NCBI GenBank assembly: GCA_951406725.2
Contig: OX597833.1
Span: 32,302,001-32,366,000, forward strand
DNA length: 64,000 nucleotides
Direction: 5' to 3'
DNA from: Octopus vulgaris
Taxonomy: Eukaryota
Under the pieces are notes generated by a model that saw nothing but the letters and a program-made list of their open reading frames with translations, was not told the origin of the DNA and did not search any database. Positions 1 to 13,226 of the stretch are shown one piece after another. The translations under genes and the position numbers were made by a program. Every line of letters begins with the position of its first letter. Position 1 is the first letter of the stretch.

Positions 1-126
1 TGTGTTGCCCGAGTCACGCTCCTTCGCAAACGATCAACTATTATTTTGTAAACAATATTTCGAAACTGTTGCATTTGTAAACAATGTTTCGAAAATAGGT
101 GTATGTACGTATATGCTATTTTTGTT

Positions 127-166
<40 letters not shown>

Positions 167-168
167 GC

Positions 169-210
<42 letters not shown>

Positions 211-514
211 TTAGTTGTGATCTGAACATAACCGCTTCTCACACAGAGGATTGGGGGCCCTTTTGGGCGTTCTATTTTCTTTGCTAGAAGGGTTCCCTAC
301 CCATGGGCAAAGGGGGTTACATGATGGGGAGTGTTTTCAAAAGGGTTGGCATATGCAACCTGATCACCTCTGCCGATCAAACTCCCAACCCATGCGCTCC
401 CGTCGCGACACTGATTCTGCAGAACTGGGTTGGGTATGAAAACCAACTTTAAAGTATAAATAGTAATGCTTTTGAATCAGTAATGTTGTGTTCGGTTAAC
501 TCCTATTTGGAGTG

Positions 515-950
515 AAAAATCAATAAACTGGTTCCTTATGGGGTTTTCAATTTAATCAGGATAAAAAAACAAATCGACAAACCGATTCCATATAGGACTT
601 CCCACTAAAATTGGCTACACCCCATTCTCAACCATAACTTTGACCAATTTTGATGTATTTTGTTCAAATTTGATGCCAGCATTACTTAGGACTCGTGGGA
701 TCTTCGAATGCTTTAAGTTCTCCAAAAACGAAAAAAAAAAAAAATGACGAGTGGAAAAAATCGATAAACCGATTCCTTATGGGATCTCCCAATCAAATTG
801 TCAGCAACTCATTTTCAGCCCAAAGTTTACCAATTTCAACGGATTTCGCTCAAATTTGACGTCGATGTTACTTAGTTTGGTTTGAAATAAAGAGCTTGAT
901 TAGCTTAATAATCCTAACTGAATCCCGAGCAAAGCCGGGCTATACTGGTA

Positions 951-951
<1 letters not shown>
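515..951 (+). mobile_element. Non-autonomous Helitron-like element, 3' part with ~190-bp internal direct repeats
   Basis: Ends in hairpin CCCGAGCAAAGCCGGG then TATACTGGTAG|T, resembling the Helitron 3' end at 22755-22782. Positions 861-951 match the reverse complement of 41929-42020. The 5' boundary is uncertain. Confidence 0.6.
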
Positions 952-1014
<63 letters not shown>

Positions 1015-1015
<1 letters not shown>

Positions 1016-1200
1016 GTGAGAATTTACAAAAAAGCAAAAGACGAAGACGGGTAAACAACAAACAGAAATGTGTCAGTTTAACGCTCGGGAAGTGAGAAAG
1101 TCTTTTACGTTTTGAGCCTACGCTCTTCGACCGAAAGGAACACGGAAATAAACAGGGAGAGCAAATAGAAAAATGGCTTAGTCCTGAAAGATTCCTTGGC
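1015..1200 (-). mobile_element. Penelope pLTR-like remnant with degenerate HHR-like motif (1101-1138)
   Basis: Similar to 30867-31000. Minus strand reads CTTTCGGTCGAAGAGCGTAGGCTCAAAACGTAAAAG. Abuts (TA)n. Confidence 0.5.
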
Positions 1201-1431
1201 GATGCATGGTGTATTTTATAAATATGCCTGGGTAACGTCTCATAAATGTATGAAACTATTTGTAGCTCTTTCAGTTGTGTATTAAATTGATATATATGAG
1301 GCTTTACCTAGGATATGTATTCTACTTATATTTACTGGTATCTGATTGTCGAACATTTATAACCAAATTCTTTTAATACTGAGTGCTTTATTGATATCTG
1401 TCAGGATATTTTCTTATATATAAACATATAT

Positions 1432-1495
<64 letters not shown>

Positions 1496-1562
1496 ACACA
1501 CGCATACACACACACACATACACACACATACACACACACACACATATATTAATATAAGAAAA

Positions 1563-1854
1563 CAGGAAAGTGGAAATTTTTTTGGTATTATTTATTCTCC
1601 ATTACAGGTATTTCATTTGCTAATAGGAATTAAGATTTACATGGTATATAGACATGTAAATAATTTCCTATTAGAAATTCTTCTGACACAGAACATTTTT
1701 TATAAAACATAAAAACATTTCTGTCTGACGAATTTCTAATAGGAAATTATTTACATGTCTTTATAACATATAAATCTTTGTAATTTCTATCCTATTAGCA
1801 AATAAAACACGTGTAATGGAAAATGAATAATACCAAAAACTTTCCATTTTCCTG
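1563..1854. repeat. Long imperfect inverted repeat (foldback)
   Basis: AGACATGTAAATAATTTCCTATTAGAAATTC (1650-1680) is the exact reverse complement of 1730-1760. Outer arms are diverged. Confidence 0.85.
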
Positions 1855-2422
1855 CAAATAATATTTCCATAATTCTCAATTTTCATGTATATTTTAATTA
1901 ACAAACAACTATAATTATGAATACCTTTTGATTGTAATAATGGAAGAAACATAAGAGGAAACAGCTGGGATTTACCCGAACTACCTATATATATATATAT
2001 ATATATCTGTGTGAGTGTGTATGTATGTGCCTTTACATACTTAGTATGTATATGTATGTATTTTATGTATCTTAGTAGAAAGAAATTATAAACAGGTGTG
2101 GCAATCAAAACTTTATATGACATTCCCGTTTTTGAGAAATATGTATATGTGTATGTGTGCGTGTGTACTACACAAATACAATTTTATACGCATCTGCACA
2201 CGCTCAACCAAAGTGATAGTGATGCTCTGGTGAGTAAATATTATTTATTGATATAAAAGTTAAAGCACTTACAATAGCGTACTGTTTTCAATGGAAAAAT
2301 TTTAAAGTTTCACACACACAGTCCTTTATCAGTCCTTTATCACGTTTATCACAGTCCTTTATCAGGGTGAGAGAGAAGAGGAGATTTCTTTAACGAATAC
2401 AAGATACACTTCACAGCGGAGA

Positions 2423-2459
<37 letters not shown>

Positions 2460-2867
2460 AGAAAGAGAGAGAGAGAGAAGACTTCCATTTTCTCTCCCTT
2501 CGATAAAGGATTTGCATTGGAAACAGTGAGATTTATTTTTCGTTCTTAACGGCAAACCAGATGAAATGAATTTACTATTAAACATATGTATACATTCTTT
2601 TGGTCGTCTCTAGTCGGTTTCAGTTATTGCACTGCTGGACAACAGTCAGCAGGGGTTGAAGCCCAAGAGATAGTCTCAACTCCAGTGCGCATTGCAATTG
2701 AATATTTTGTCGAACCAGTAATATTACGGGTCTTGATGGAACATAACAAACAAAATACCGATGCAGTAAAACACGGAAACACACAAACACAAGAGCGTGC
2801 ACACACACGCACGTGCACGCATACACGCGGGTACACACACACACATATCACACACACGCACACACAT

Positions 2868-3030
2868 AGGCGTAGGAGTGGGTGTGTGGTAAGTAGCTTA
2901 CTTACGAACCACATGGTTCCGGGTTCAGTCCCACTGCGTGGCACCTTGGGCAAGTGTCTTTTACTATAGCCTCGGGTCGACCAAAGCCTTGTGAGTGGAT
3001 TCAGTAGACGGAAACTGAAAGAAGCCCGTC
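2868..3030 (+). mobile_element. tRNA-derived SINE family 1, 5' half
   Basis: A-box-like TGTGTGGTAAG and B-box-like GGGTTCAGTCCC. Many near-identical copies occur in the window. Confidence 0.85.
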
Positions 3031-3271
3031 ATATATATGTATATATTTCCTAGCTAGCCTATCCTCGTATATATTTCCACTCGTGCGGTACCTTACAATT
3101 TCACTTTGCTATATATATATATATATATATATCCTTAAATCCTTAAAAATGTTTTATCCCGAAGGCCGCGGCCATGCTATTTTATTTTTTATTTATGATT
3201 TGGTTTATGTCTATCATTGTTTGAATTGCATAATAGTGGTTTTTTCTTTAATCTATATAAATATATATATA

Positions 3272-6200
3272 GGGACGAAAAAAAAAACGAAATGGACTTG
3301 GACCGGAAATGAACAATGAGAAAGGAAACGGTATAGGAATGGTAGATGAGGAGTTAAGCTACTGCGGAAAGGTGTTTGCTAGTTGCATCGGGCTGAGAAT
3401 CCACCAAGAGAAGGTGTGTCAGAAGAAAGTAATACAACAACGCGAAAATAACCCCCTGGAAAATAACCATAGCGAGGTTCATTCCACAGTTGAATTGGAA
3501 CAGTCAAAAAGACTGATAGGCGTGAAGAAGACAAAGGTTAAGTGGCCGAAAGCAAATGACGCAGCGAGTTATAAAAAATTTGACGACGAGGTAGCAAGAA
3601 TGACCACCAAATTCAAAGGCGACGACGAACAAAAACTCGAAAACCTGGCTAATACAATCTACCAGGAAGGAGAGAAAAGATTTGGACTGGAAACAACGGG
3701 GAAGGTAGAATCAACGGCAAAGAGCGGACCATCGAGGAGAGAAAGACGGGTCGCAAAGATTCGAGAAGAGAAAGACGGATCGCAAAGATTCGAGAAGAGA
3801 AGAAAAAACTCAGAACCAGATGGAGGGATGCAAAGAAGAGGAAAGAGAAGGGCTAAAGCAGCTATATGAAGAGATAAAAAAGAGGCATCGAGATCTGCTA
3901 AGAAAGCAAAGAAGGAAGAGCAGAAGAAAGGAGAGAGAAAAAACTATCGTAGCTTTGTGAACAATCCCTATCAATATGCGAAACATTTATTTACTGAAAG
4001 TAAAAGCGGAAAATTGGATTGCACGAAAGAAGAGCTCGAACAACAACTGAAAGAGACATTCAGCGACTCTGACAGAAATGAAGTACTCCCAGAAATGCAC
4101 GGACTGAAGAAACCATTTGAACCAAGAATACCATTTGATTTGAGTGACATCAAACGGAAAGAAATGGATGAGTTCATAAGAAAAGCAAGAGCAAAAAGTT
4201 CAACAGGGAACGATGGAGTGAGCTACAAGGTATATAAATATTGCCCGAAATTACGTTTGAAGCTGTTTGCACTGATAAGAGAAATGTGGAAGAAGAAAGA
4301 TGTAGCGGAGCGATGGTGTATAGCTGAAGGTATCTATCTACCTAAAGAAAAAGAGGCAAAAACACTAGGGCAATTTAGACCAATTTCATTGTTAAAAACT
4401 GACGGGAAAATCATGTTTGGAATAACCGCTAGACGAATCATAAGATTCGTACAGCATAACGGCTACGTTAATGAAGCAATCCAAAAAGCAGGAATCCCCG
4501 CAATCCCTGGGTGCATAGAACACGCATTTGCCATCTGAGAAGCCATCACCTGTGCAAAACAAATGAAGAAAAGCCTGTATATTGTTTGGCTAGATCTTGC
4601 CAATGCTAATGGATCTGTTCCGCACGCAATAATAAAAACAGCGATGGACTTCTTTTGGATTCCAAAAGACGTTCAACGAATGCTCATGTCGTACTACGAC
4701 AACCTGAGGATGAGATTTACAGCAGGAAAGTTCACAACGGAGTGGCAACGGCTTGAAATAGGTATTGCAGCTGGATGTGCGATATCAGTCATCTTATTCG
4801 TGCTAGTCATGGAAATGTTACTTAGATCTACAAACTGTGAGAAAGCTGTTACAAAGACACCATTAAGGCCTTTTATGGACGACGTAACTATATTATCGGA
4901 TAGTAGAGAAGCAGCAGAGGGAACGTTAGAGCGGTTGAATGAACTGATAGGATGGGCAAGGATGAAATTCAAAGCCAAAAAATCTCGAAACGTGGCTTTC
5001 GTGAAAGGAAGGCAAGAAGAAGTGAAATTCAGGATAGGAGGTGAAGACATACCAACGGTGAAAGAACAATCAGTAAAGAGTCTCGGCAGATGGTATAGAG
5101 ATTTATTAAATGATAAGAAGCAAGTTAACACACGAGTTAGTAGAACAAGGATTAAAGGCAATTGACAGAACAACGCTTCAGGGAAAATTCAAATGTTGGA
5201 TACTGCAATTTGGGCTGTACCCAAGAATAATGTGGCCATTGCAAATGTACGAAATAGCCTCGAGTAGAGTAGAAAGGATGGAACAAAGATGCAGTGTGTT
5301 TGTCAGAAAATGGCTTGATCTGCCGAAACCACTGAATACAACTGCACTATATGGAAAACCCGTGCTGCAACTACCAATAACATCAATCGCCGAAGAATAT
5401 AAGGCAGGAAAGGCAAGGACAGTAATGATGCTAAGGTATTCAAAAGATCAGAGCATCCGGGAAAACCCTCCAAAGGTACGACAGGGAGGAAATGGAAGGT
5501 GGAAGAGGCAGTAAACAGGGCACGCAGATATAGTCGGAGCGACGCAAGAAGCAAGAACTAGCCTAGGGTCGCAAAATTTCAGGCCATTTTGCAGGAGCAG
5601 TATAAAAGAGATGAAAGAGGCAGTGGTATACAAAGTGAGAAAGGAGGAAGAAGAAAGGTGAAATGTACATTTGGTGCAATGCAGTCAACAGGGACAGTGC
5701 CTGAGATGGGAGGAATATGTGATCAGCCGCAGAATATCATGGAAGGAACTTTGGGCTTGGGAACAAGCAAGAACATCCTTCCTGATCAAGTCTACATTCG
5801 ATGTTCTACCCTCACCGGCGAACTTAGTCCGGTGGAACATAAAAACAACCGATGAGTGTAGATGGAGAGAAAGCGACGGTTAGACATGTTCTGTCAAATT
5901 GCAGACTAGCACTAGAAAGATATACATGGCGGCATAATCAAGTCCTCGCGTCATAAGCGCAGCACTCAAGAAGATCGAGAGGTACAATAGGGGAGAGTAC
6001 CCAAAAGTAGAAAAGCGCATGAAAGTATACTTCCACAAGGAGGGAAGAGGTTATAAAACCAGGCCTACAAGTAAAGTATACGAGGTAGACGAAAGATGGA
6101 AGGGATACTGGGAGGTGGCCACGGACTTGGAAAGGCAAGTAATATTTCCACTAATAAAAATAACAAAAAGACCGGATTTAGTCCTATGGAACAGAGACCG

Positions 6201-6969
6201 GAGAATAGGAATTTTACTAGAACTGACAGTACCTTGGGAAGAGAACATCGGCAATGCAGAGGAACGAAAGGAGAAGAGGTAGGAAAAGCTAATCGAAGAA
6301 TGCAGAGAACAGGGATGGAATGTCGAATATTATCACCTGGCAGTGGGGGCTAGAGGCTTCATTGAAAGGAAAATGACAACGCTTTTCAAAAGAAGATTTG
6401 TTTTTTCTAGCTCCGATCTGCGAAAACTAATAAACAGGAGGCGGTCGAAAAAGCCAGCTTCTATATATGGCTGAAGCGGGAAGACCGAAAATGGCTTGAA
6501 AGTCATAACATGCCGGCGGGAAATAACATCACTAGGTGAGACAAGCTGACACTGAATCAGTTTCGCTGACTGACAGGTGACGGTCGTTTAGAGAATGTGC
6601 GGGCTAAGACTACGCGCCTTCACTAGTCAGTTAAGGTGAGACAGTGTCACGTGACAACTTGCTGGGGCTGCCTGCTGGAGCCTAGCGGCAGGTATTTAAA
6701 GGGAAAAATTTGACAAGTCAGTCAGTCACCGGCTGACACTTGCTGATGATACATCGAAGAGGCCAGGGAACAGAAGAAAGAAGAAGAAAGAAGACATGCA
6801 CCCAACACCAGAGCTGAAGACACCTTCGAAAGGGGGGCCCTGCCACGTCAAAACGGTAGAGGAGTAGGGGTCGAAACCGGAGGTGGTTCCTCCTGATGAT
6901 GTCTTGAGCTAACTGGATCCTATAAAGGAGCTGTTGTGGTAGCAGACCACGAAACACGGTTGTAATTCC

Positions 6970-6970
<1 letters not shown>
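3272..6970 (+). mobile_element. RLE-type non-LTR retrotransposon (Hero/R2-group-like), near full length, decayed, inserted in (TA)n
   Basis: N-terminal zinc finger CGKVFASCIGLRIHQ..C. RT motifs FRPISLL, WLDLANANGSVPH and FMDD. Frameshifted CCHC plus RYTWRHNQVL, and RLE motif RPDLVLW..LELTVPWE. Flanked by TA runs on both sides. Confidence 0.9.
3309..6500 (+). pseudogene. Disrupted single ORF (ZnF-RT-CCHC-RLE) of the Hero-like LINE
   Basis: ORF pieces 3309-3869, 3957-4538, 4563-5165, 5110-5514, 5671-5883 and 6019-6282 are separated by stops and frameshifts. Confidence 0.85.
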
Positions 6971-7026
<56 letters not shown>

Positions 7027-7028
<2 letters not shown>

Positions 7029-7382
7029 TCTTTTACTCTTTTATTTGATTCAGTCATTTGACTGCGGCCATGCTAGTACTTATTCTATAAGCCTAGTACT
7101 TTTTCTATCGGTCTCTTTTGCCGAACAGCGAAGTTACGGGGACGTAAACAAACCACCATCCGTTGTCAAGCGATGTTGGGGGGACAAACACAGACACACA
7201 AACACACACACGCACATATATATATATACATATATACGACGAGCTTCTTTCGGTTTTCGTTTACCAAATCTACTCATGAGGCTTTGGTCGGCCCGAGGCT
7301 ATAGTAGAAAACACTTGCCCAAGGTGCCACGCTGTAGGACTGAACCCGGAACCATGTGGTTGGTATGCAAGCTACTTACCAT
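7027..7382 (-). mobile_element. SINE family 1 copy with internal deletion
   Basis: Reverse complement of the family consensus seen elsewhere, with (AAAAGAGT) tail and central CA/TA microsatellite. Confidence 0.85.
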
Positions 7383-8269
7383 ATATATCACTCACACACG
7401 CACACAGTCTCACGCATACGTATACGTACATACATAGATGCATACATATGATAATCGATCTGTCTGTTTGCGTGTTTCTCCCAGTCTCTCTCTCTCTCCT
7501 CTTTCTCTCCTCTCCCCCTCCCCACGCATATATAAATATATTCATTCATACGCATGTATGCGTGTTTATTTGTGTTTATATGATATACTAGTTGGTGAAA
7601 CCACAATACTAAGGGTGAGTTAGATGTAAATGAGAAAGGGAGAGAGAGAGATGGGGTGGGGGAAAGGGAGGGAGAGAAAAGGGAGGGAGAGAGAGAAAGA
7701 TAGTCTGATAGAAAGAAAAAAGATAAAAACAGAAAGTGAGAAAGAAATGGAGTGAGAGAGAGGGAGGGAGAGGGAGAGGGAGAGAGCGTGTTAGAGAGGA
7801 GGAGGTTGTGAAAGAGAATTGAAGGTCAACGATTTCAGGTGAGAACAGGTATGACGCAGTAATTAGAAAGGGAAAGAACACTGAAAGGAAATTGGAATTG
7901 TGTGTTTGTATGTGTGTGTGTGCTATAATGAGAGACAAAGAGAAAGAGTGAAATCTGGGAGAGAGGGGAAGAGAGAGCGAAAGTGAGGGAGAGGGAGAGA
8001 GAGGAAGAGAGAGCGAAAGTGAGGGAGAGGGAGAGAGAGAGGTAGAGCGAAAGAGTGAATGGGGGATAAGATGTGATGGCTAGGGATATAGTACAGTGGT
8101 GTATGTGGAGAGAGACAGAGAAAGAATAGAGCCATAGAAGGATTGGGGGAGAGAGAAAGGGAGAAGGGGGATTGGGAAAGAGTAAGAGAGGTGTTTGGAG
8201 AGAGAGAGAGAGAGTGTGTGTGTGTGTGAAAGAGTCATGATTGGAAAACGCTACGTGATGACGTCTACT

Positions 8270-8503
8270 GAAGCAGAAACGCTGGCAGAAATGTTAGCAC
8301 GTCGGGCGAAATGCCTAGCGGTATTTCGTCTGCTGTTACGTTCGGAGTTCAAATTCCGCCGAGGTCGACTTTGCTTTTCATCCTTTCGGGGTCGATTAAA
8401 TGAGTACCAGTTAATCACTGGGGTCGATGTAATCGACTTAATCCCCTTGTCTATACTTGTTTGTCCCCTCTATAATTAGTCCCCTGTGGGTAATAAAGAA
8501 ATA
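8270..8503 (+). mobile_element. tRNA-derived SINE family 2 (CORE/MIR-like)
   Basis: Head GCTGGCAGAAATGTTAGCAC, B-box GAGTTCAAATTCC, core GTCGACTTTGCTTTTCATCCTTTCGGGGTCGAT and A-rich tail. Confidence 0.75.
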
Positions 8504-9061
8504 AATGTGTCCTGAGTTATTGTTTTGTCTACAGAAAAATGAAAAATACCGTTTTTTCATTAAAAGCCTGCCAACTTCGGAGAAATTTTTATTCTTAAGA
8601 TTATTCCTCGTTCTTATTCACATTTGGTTGCAACTGCTGCCAGTCGTTTGTTTTACCTTTTTTTGGAAACAAACATAATTTCAATAAATCAAAAATTTAA
8701 TACATTATTTAATAAAGCTTTAATAGTCTTTGTTCACGCCACTAATCACTCTCAGTTATTTCTCTTGATAAAGGAGATAGAAGTTAGAGATTAGTGTAGA
8801 CAGCTTTCGAATGTCGTATAGTCTCTCTCAGAAGAGCACTTGTTAAAACAACAACAGCAAAATTAAATAACCTAGTACTGAAAAGTGAAGAGCACAATAT
8901 TCTACGTTCTACGTTCGGTAGCGAGCCTCCCAGGAAGCACCCTCTTCTGATGAGCTACCATACAACCCCAAAAGAGCCGGACTCAAAGATGAACTGGAGG
9001 TGAAACACTCAGCGTACCAAAAGAATGCATGAGTGTTCCCTGAAAACTTAAAGAAGACAGT

Positions 9062-9272
9062 AATATTGGTTTCAAATTTTGGCCAAGGCCAGCAATTTTG
9101 GGGAGGAGTAACTCCATGAACCCTAGTGCGCAACTGGTACTTATTTTATCGACCCCGAATAGATGAAAAGCATAATCGACTTTGGGGGTATTTGAACTCA
9201 GAATGTAAAGACGGATGAAATGCTGCTAGGCATTTTGCCCGGTATGCTAACGTTTCTGCCAGCTCACCGCCT
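9062..9272 (-). mobile_element. SINE family 2 copy
   Basis: Reverse-complement similarity to 8270-8503. Confidence 0.75.
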
Positions 9273-9299
9273 TAAAGAAGACAGTAACATCGATACGAA

Positions 9300-10095
9300 A
9301 TGAAGCTTCTTGTAACCATTACACTTCGAAGGCTATGTATTTGCAATCGAAGAAAAGGAGATTGCTACTAAATACCTAATAAACAAAAGAGACAGTTCCA
9401 AAATGCAACCGAAAATGTAGTTTATGTCATATTTCTGTGGAAGACATCACACTTAGGATTAACAGCTGCCCCAAAATGTCATCAAGGTAATACCTGCCTA
9501 TGCGACAAGACGCTATCACAAAAACAATATGCAATGCTTGCATATAATGGTATTGATTACCTCGAGCTCCGCTGTTAGTTCGACGCTATGTGTTTACCAT
9601 AACTAGAAACAGTCGTCCTGGCGACTGAGGACAAATCTTCTCCACAAAATCAGCATGGTTTCTTTTTTCCGAGGTCTGAATGATCTGAAAATCTACAACT
9701 CATTTAACCGCATATTATTACCAATTTACTTGTATGAACACGGAATGATGCATCATTCATTATGTGGTTTCCCAGGTTGTGCACTGACTGAATCCAGGTT
9801 GAAAAATCTCTTGGCCATGTTTATTCTAATTGCAATCTATTCATGGGCTGATAGTGGAGCGCTTGAAAATGTTCAGCATTGAACAGTGCGTTCTTTTCTT
9901 CAAACCCATTTGTAATATTACACTCAGGTCTTACTTGCACTTTTGTGATATCCTGTAGTGGCTGACTGTATGATTAAGGGTATGTCCGAGAGGACCACTG
10001 CAAACAATAACAGTCTGAATACAGCTCCTTGAGGTACTACACTAAGAACTGATGTCTCTTCAGAGACATAAATTCGATGTAACTGTCTGACTCCT
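9300..10095 (-). mobile_element. Highly decayed CR1/L2-like RT fragment
   Basis: Minus strand encodes SVVPQGAVFRLLLF (cf. SGVPQGxVLGPLLF) and FNAEHFQALHY. Boundaries are approximate. Confidence 0.5.
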
Positions 10096-10129
10096 ACTTT
10101 TTAAAAAGTCATATGCATACATACATATA

Positions 10130-10160
<31 letters not shown>

Positions 10161-10167
10161 GTGTGCA

Positions 10168-10244
<77 letters not shown>

Positions 10245-10245
10245 C

Positions 10246-10319
<74 letters not shown>
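10168..10319. repeat. (TATC)n microsatellite
   Basis: Direct reading. Confidence 0.95.
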
Positions 10320-10916
10320 AGTATACATGTATGTATAAAGTATACAATATAGCTCTCTGTAATCGATATGTGCCCACATACATTCAGAAGTCTGAAGTAA
10401 AAGTCGATTGGCTATTTAATATCTATTGATCTGTTTAGATGCAATTGAATGAGATCATATATGACTATATTATTACGCATAATGGAGGTGTACATGTGTG
10501 TATATATGCGTTGATGTTTGCGTAAGTGTGCGTAACCATGAAACCAACAAAGGTACCATGGATCGAACTACTGAAAACAGTAGTTCACTCTTCCCTTAAA
10601 TCATATATTACGATCTGAACAAGGTCTACATTATATCATCTTCTTAACAAAGGCTACATTTTCTTATGAGTCACATTATCCAATGTAGAGTATATCAGAT
10701 AATGAGGCCTTAAACGCTCCTAAAACAATAGAGATGGTACTCATCTGATCATCGTTCTCCCAAACGGGTTTGACCTTACGTTAAACAATAAGAATGTAAA
10801 TGCTATAAAATTTAAACACGCGTGAAACACATTTTCATACTTGTGTTTGCGCGTACACCTATGTATGATGTATGCATGCTTTAGAAGTTGAATTGCGTAA
10901 ACCTATATAACCTACT

Positions 10917-11313
10917 ATTTACTCTTTACTCTTTTACTTGTTCAGTCATTTGACTGCGGCCATGCTGGAGCACCGCCTTTAGTCGAGCAAATCGACTCCA
11001 AGACTTATTCTTTGTAAGCCTAGTACTTTTTCTATCGGTCTCTTTTGCCGAACCGCTAACTACGGGGACGTAAACATGCCAGCATCGGTTGTCAAGCGAT
11101 GTTGAGGGGACAAACACAGACACACAAACACCCACACACATATATATACATATACATATATACGACGGGATTCTTTCAGTTTCCATCTACCAAATCCACC
11201 CACAAGGCTTTGGTCAGCCCGAGGCTATAGTAGAAGACACCTGCCCAAGGGACTGAACCCGGAAACATGTGGCTGGTAAGCAAGCTACTTACCACACAGC
11301 CACTCCTGCGCCT
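10917..11313 (-). mobile_element. SINE family 1, nearly full length
   Basis: Head CAGCCACTCCTGCGCC at the right end, tail TACTCTTTTACTTGTT at the left end. Confidence 0.9.
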
Positions 11314-11925
11314 ATATAAACATTAATGAATACATAACGACAGATACAGAAACAGGTACACAAGTGCATGCGCACACACAAACACACACACACACACACA
11401 CATACACACACACACACTCACACATATAGATACACACATAAACACACACACACACACTCACACACATAGATACACACATAAACACGTGCTTACATTAGAC
11501 GAAGACAGCTCAGTAATGACAGCTTGTTTATGTCATTACTCAGTAATGAGTAATGACCTCAGCTTGTTTATGAGCTGCAAAGCAGTTGATGACCAGCAAC
11601 ATTTACCATAGCAAAATACATACGTACATACATACATATTTAACTGTGGTAGTCGTATAACTGTCGGTGTGTGAAACATTGGTTCAGTTGTACTTGACCT
11701 CTCATCATACTTGCCTGACTCATACAGTCAACAAACAGTGAGCAGCCGTATATAAAATCCAGTCGAAGTAGCGCCATGTTTCATATTACTAACCCAATAC
11801 CTCAAACGTGACAATATGGTGATTGCGGGCCATGCTTCATCCAAATATATATTTGTTTGTATTGTGTTTTTCTGCTGTTTTGTAATATATTTTTCCTTCC
11901 TTAAACCCTTCTGTCTGTCTCTCTC

Positions 11926-11996
<71 letters not shown>

Positions 11997-13044
11997 ACAC
12001 ACAGATATACAATATATATTTATCTTATAACATTTTTGTCTGGAAAGAAAAGAAAGCATTTATAGCACTCACAAAATCTTTAAACAAAGTGACGTGGTGT
12101 TGTTGCTTAACCTATGGTCTCCTCTGATCGATAATCAAAAACATTCTAGTTATGACTGTCCCGTCATTTTACTTGGCACATTTCACTGTGGTTACATTAT
12201 CCAGTGTGCTCTTTTCCAAGGACTCAGGGTGCGATTTGAAGGAACTTTGCTGTTATTTCAACTGTGCCGTGCCGCAGCGTAGGAGCTCTATCATTGGTTT
12301 GTACGCTGACAATAAGCTTGAACCTGTGATCAATGATGATGTCTGTAGCGAAAACGAATCAAAACAACTTCAATCGATCTGTTAGAACAAGTAGTCAAAT
12401 CTTCATGTCCCTCAAATTTTTCTTAAAATGTGGGCACATTTAATAGTGCTGTTCAGGGTACTCTGCGTCTGAAAAAAGTCGAATTGGTCACAAGTGGATT
12501 GCCTTTGATTATAAGTCTGCTCGATCAACGTCGACTTTGGCCTAGCTCACACCAACGATGAGAACTTCGACGACGATGTCGGTGGCAATAACAAAAACAA
12601 CATTGTGGCCAAGAATGAGAAATGCAAAGACAAGGAAGAAGTTGTAGACTTTGGGTTGAGTAGTGGTTCAACAGGAGGTACAAAGATTTTAATAGCCGGT
12701 TCACTGACCCTTAAACGTCGCACGTTAGAATCGATGGGGTCAGTGAGATCGAGACAGCCACCAGCAGACCGAAATCTTTCTCACGTTAAGGAGTCGGGCA
12801 ACATGTCTGTGTTTTGTCAAGGCTACCGGTGCTTTTCTTGTTCCATCCAAGGAAAACTTGGATACGGACGCTGTGAACATTTTAAGTGTGATTTCCTTGA
12901 TTAGGAGAAGCAGGATGTATGGTTTCAGATGTGCCATTTTTGAAATAAGGGACTTAGTAAAAGTTGAAGATCAAATTGAACGAGATTCATACACGCATAC
13001 ACACATGCATACATACGTATATACGTGCGTACGTACGAAGTATG

Positions 13045-13049
<5 letters not shown>

Positions 13050-13078
<29 letters not shown>

Positions 13079-13132
13079 TGTATGTATGTATGTATGCATG
13101 TATGTATGCATGTATGCATGTATGCATGTATG

Positions 13133-13166
<34 letters not shown>

Positions 13167-13226
13167 TGTATGTATGTATGTATGTATGTATGTATGTATG
13201 TATGTATGTATGTATGTATGTATGTA
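13050..13226. repeat. (TATG)n microsatellite
   Basis: Direct reading. Confidence 0.95.

Noticed and set aside
2868-2940. tRNA-like A and B boxes
   Set aside because: These are SINE heads, not complete tRNA cloverleaves.
7045-7437. Recurrent peptides such as [41 protein letters not shown]
   Set aside because: They are chance translations of SINE family 1 on its reverse strand.
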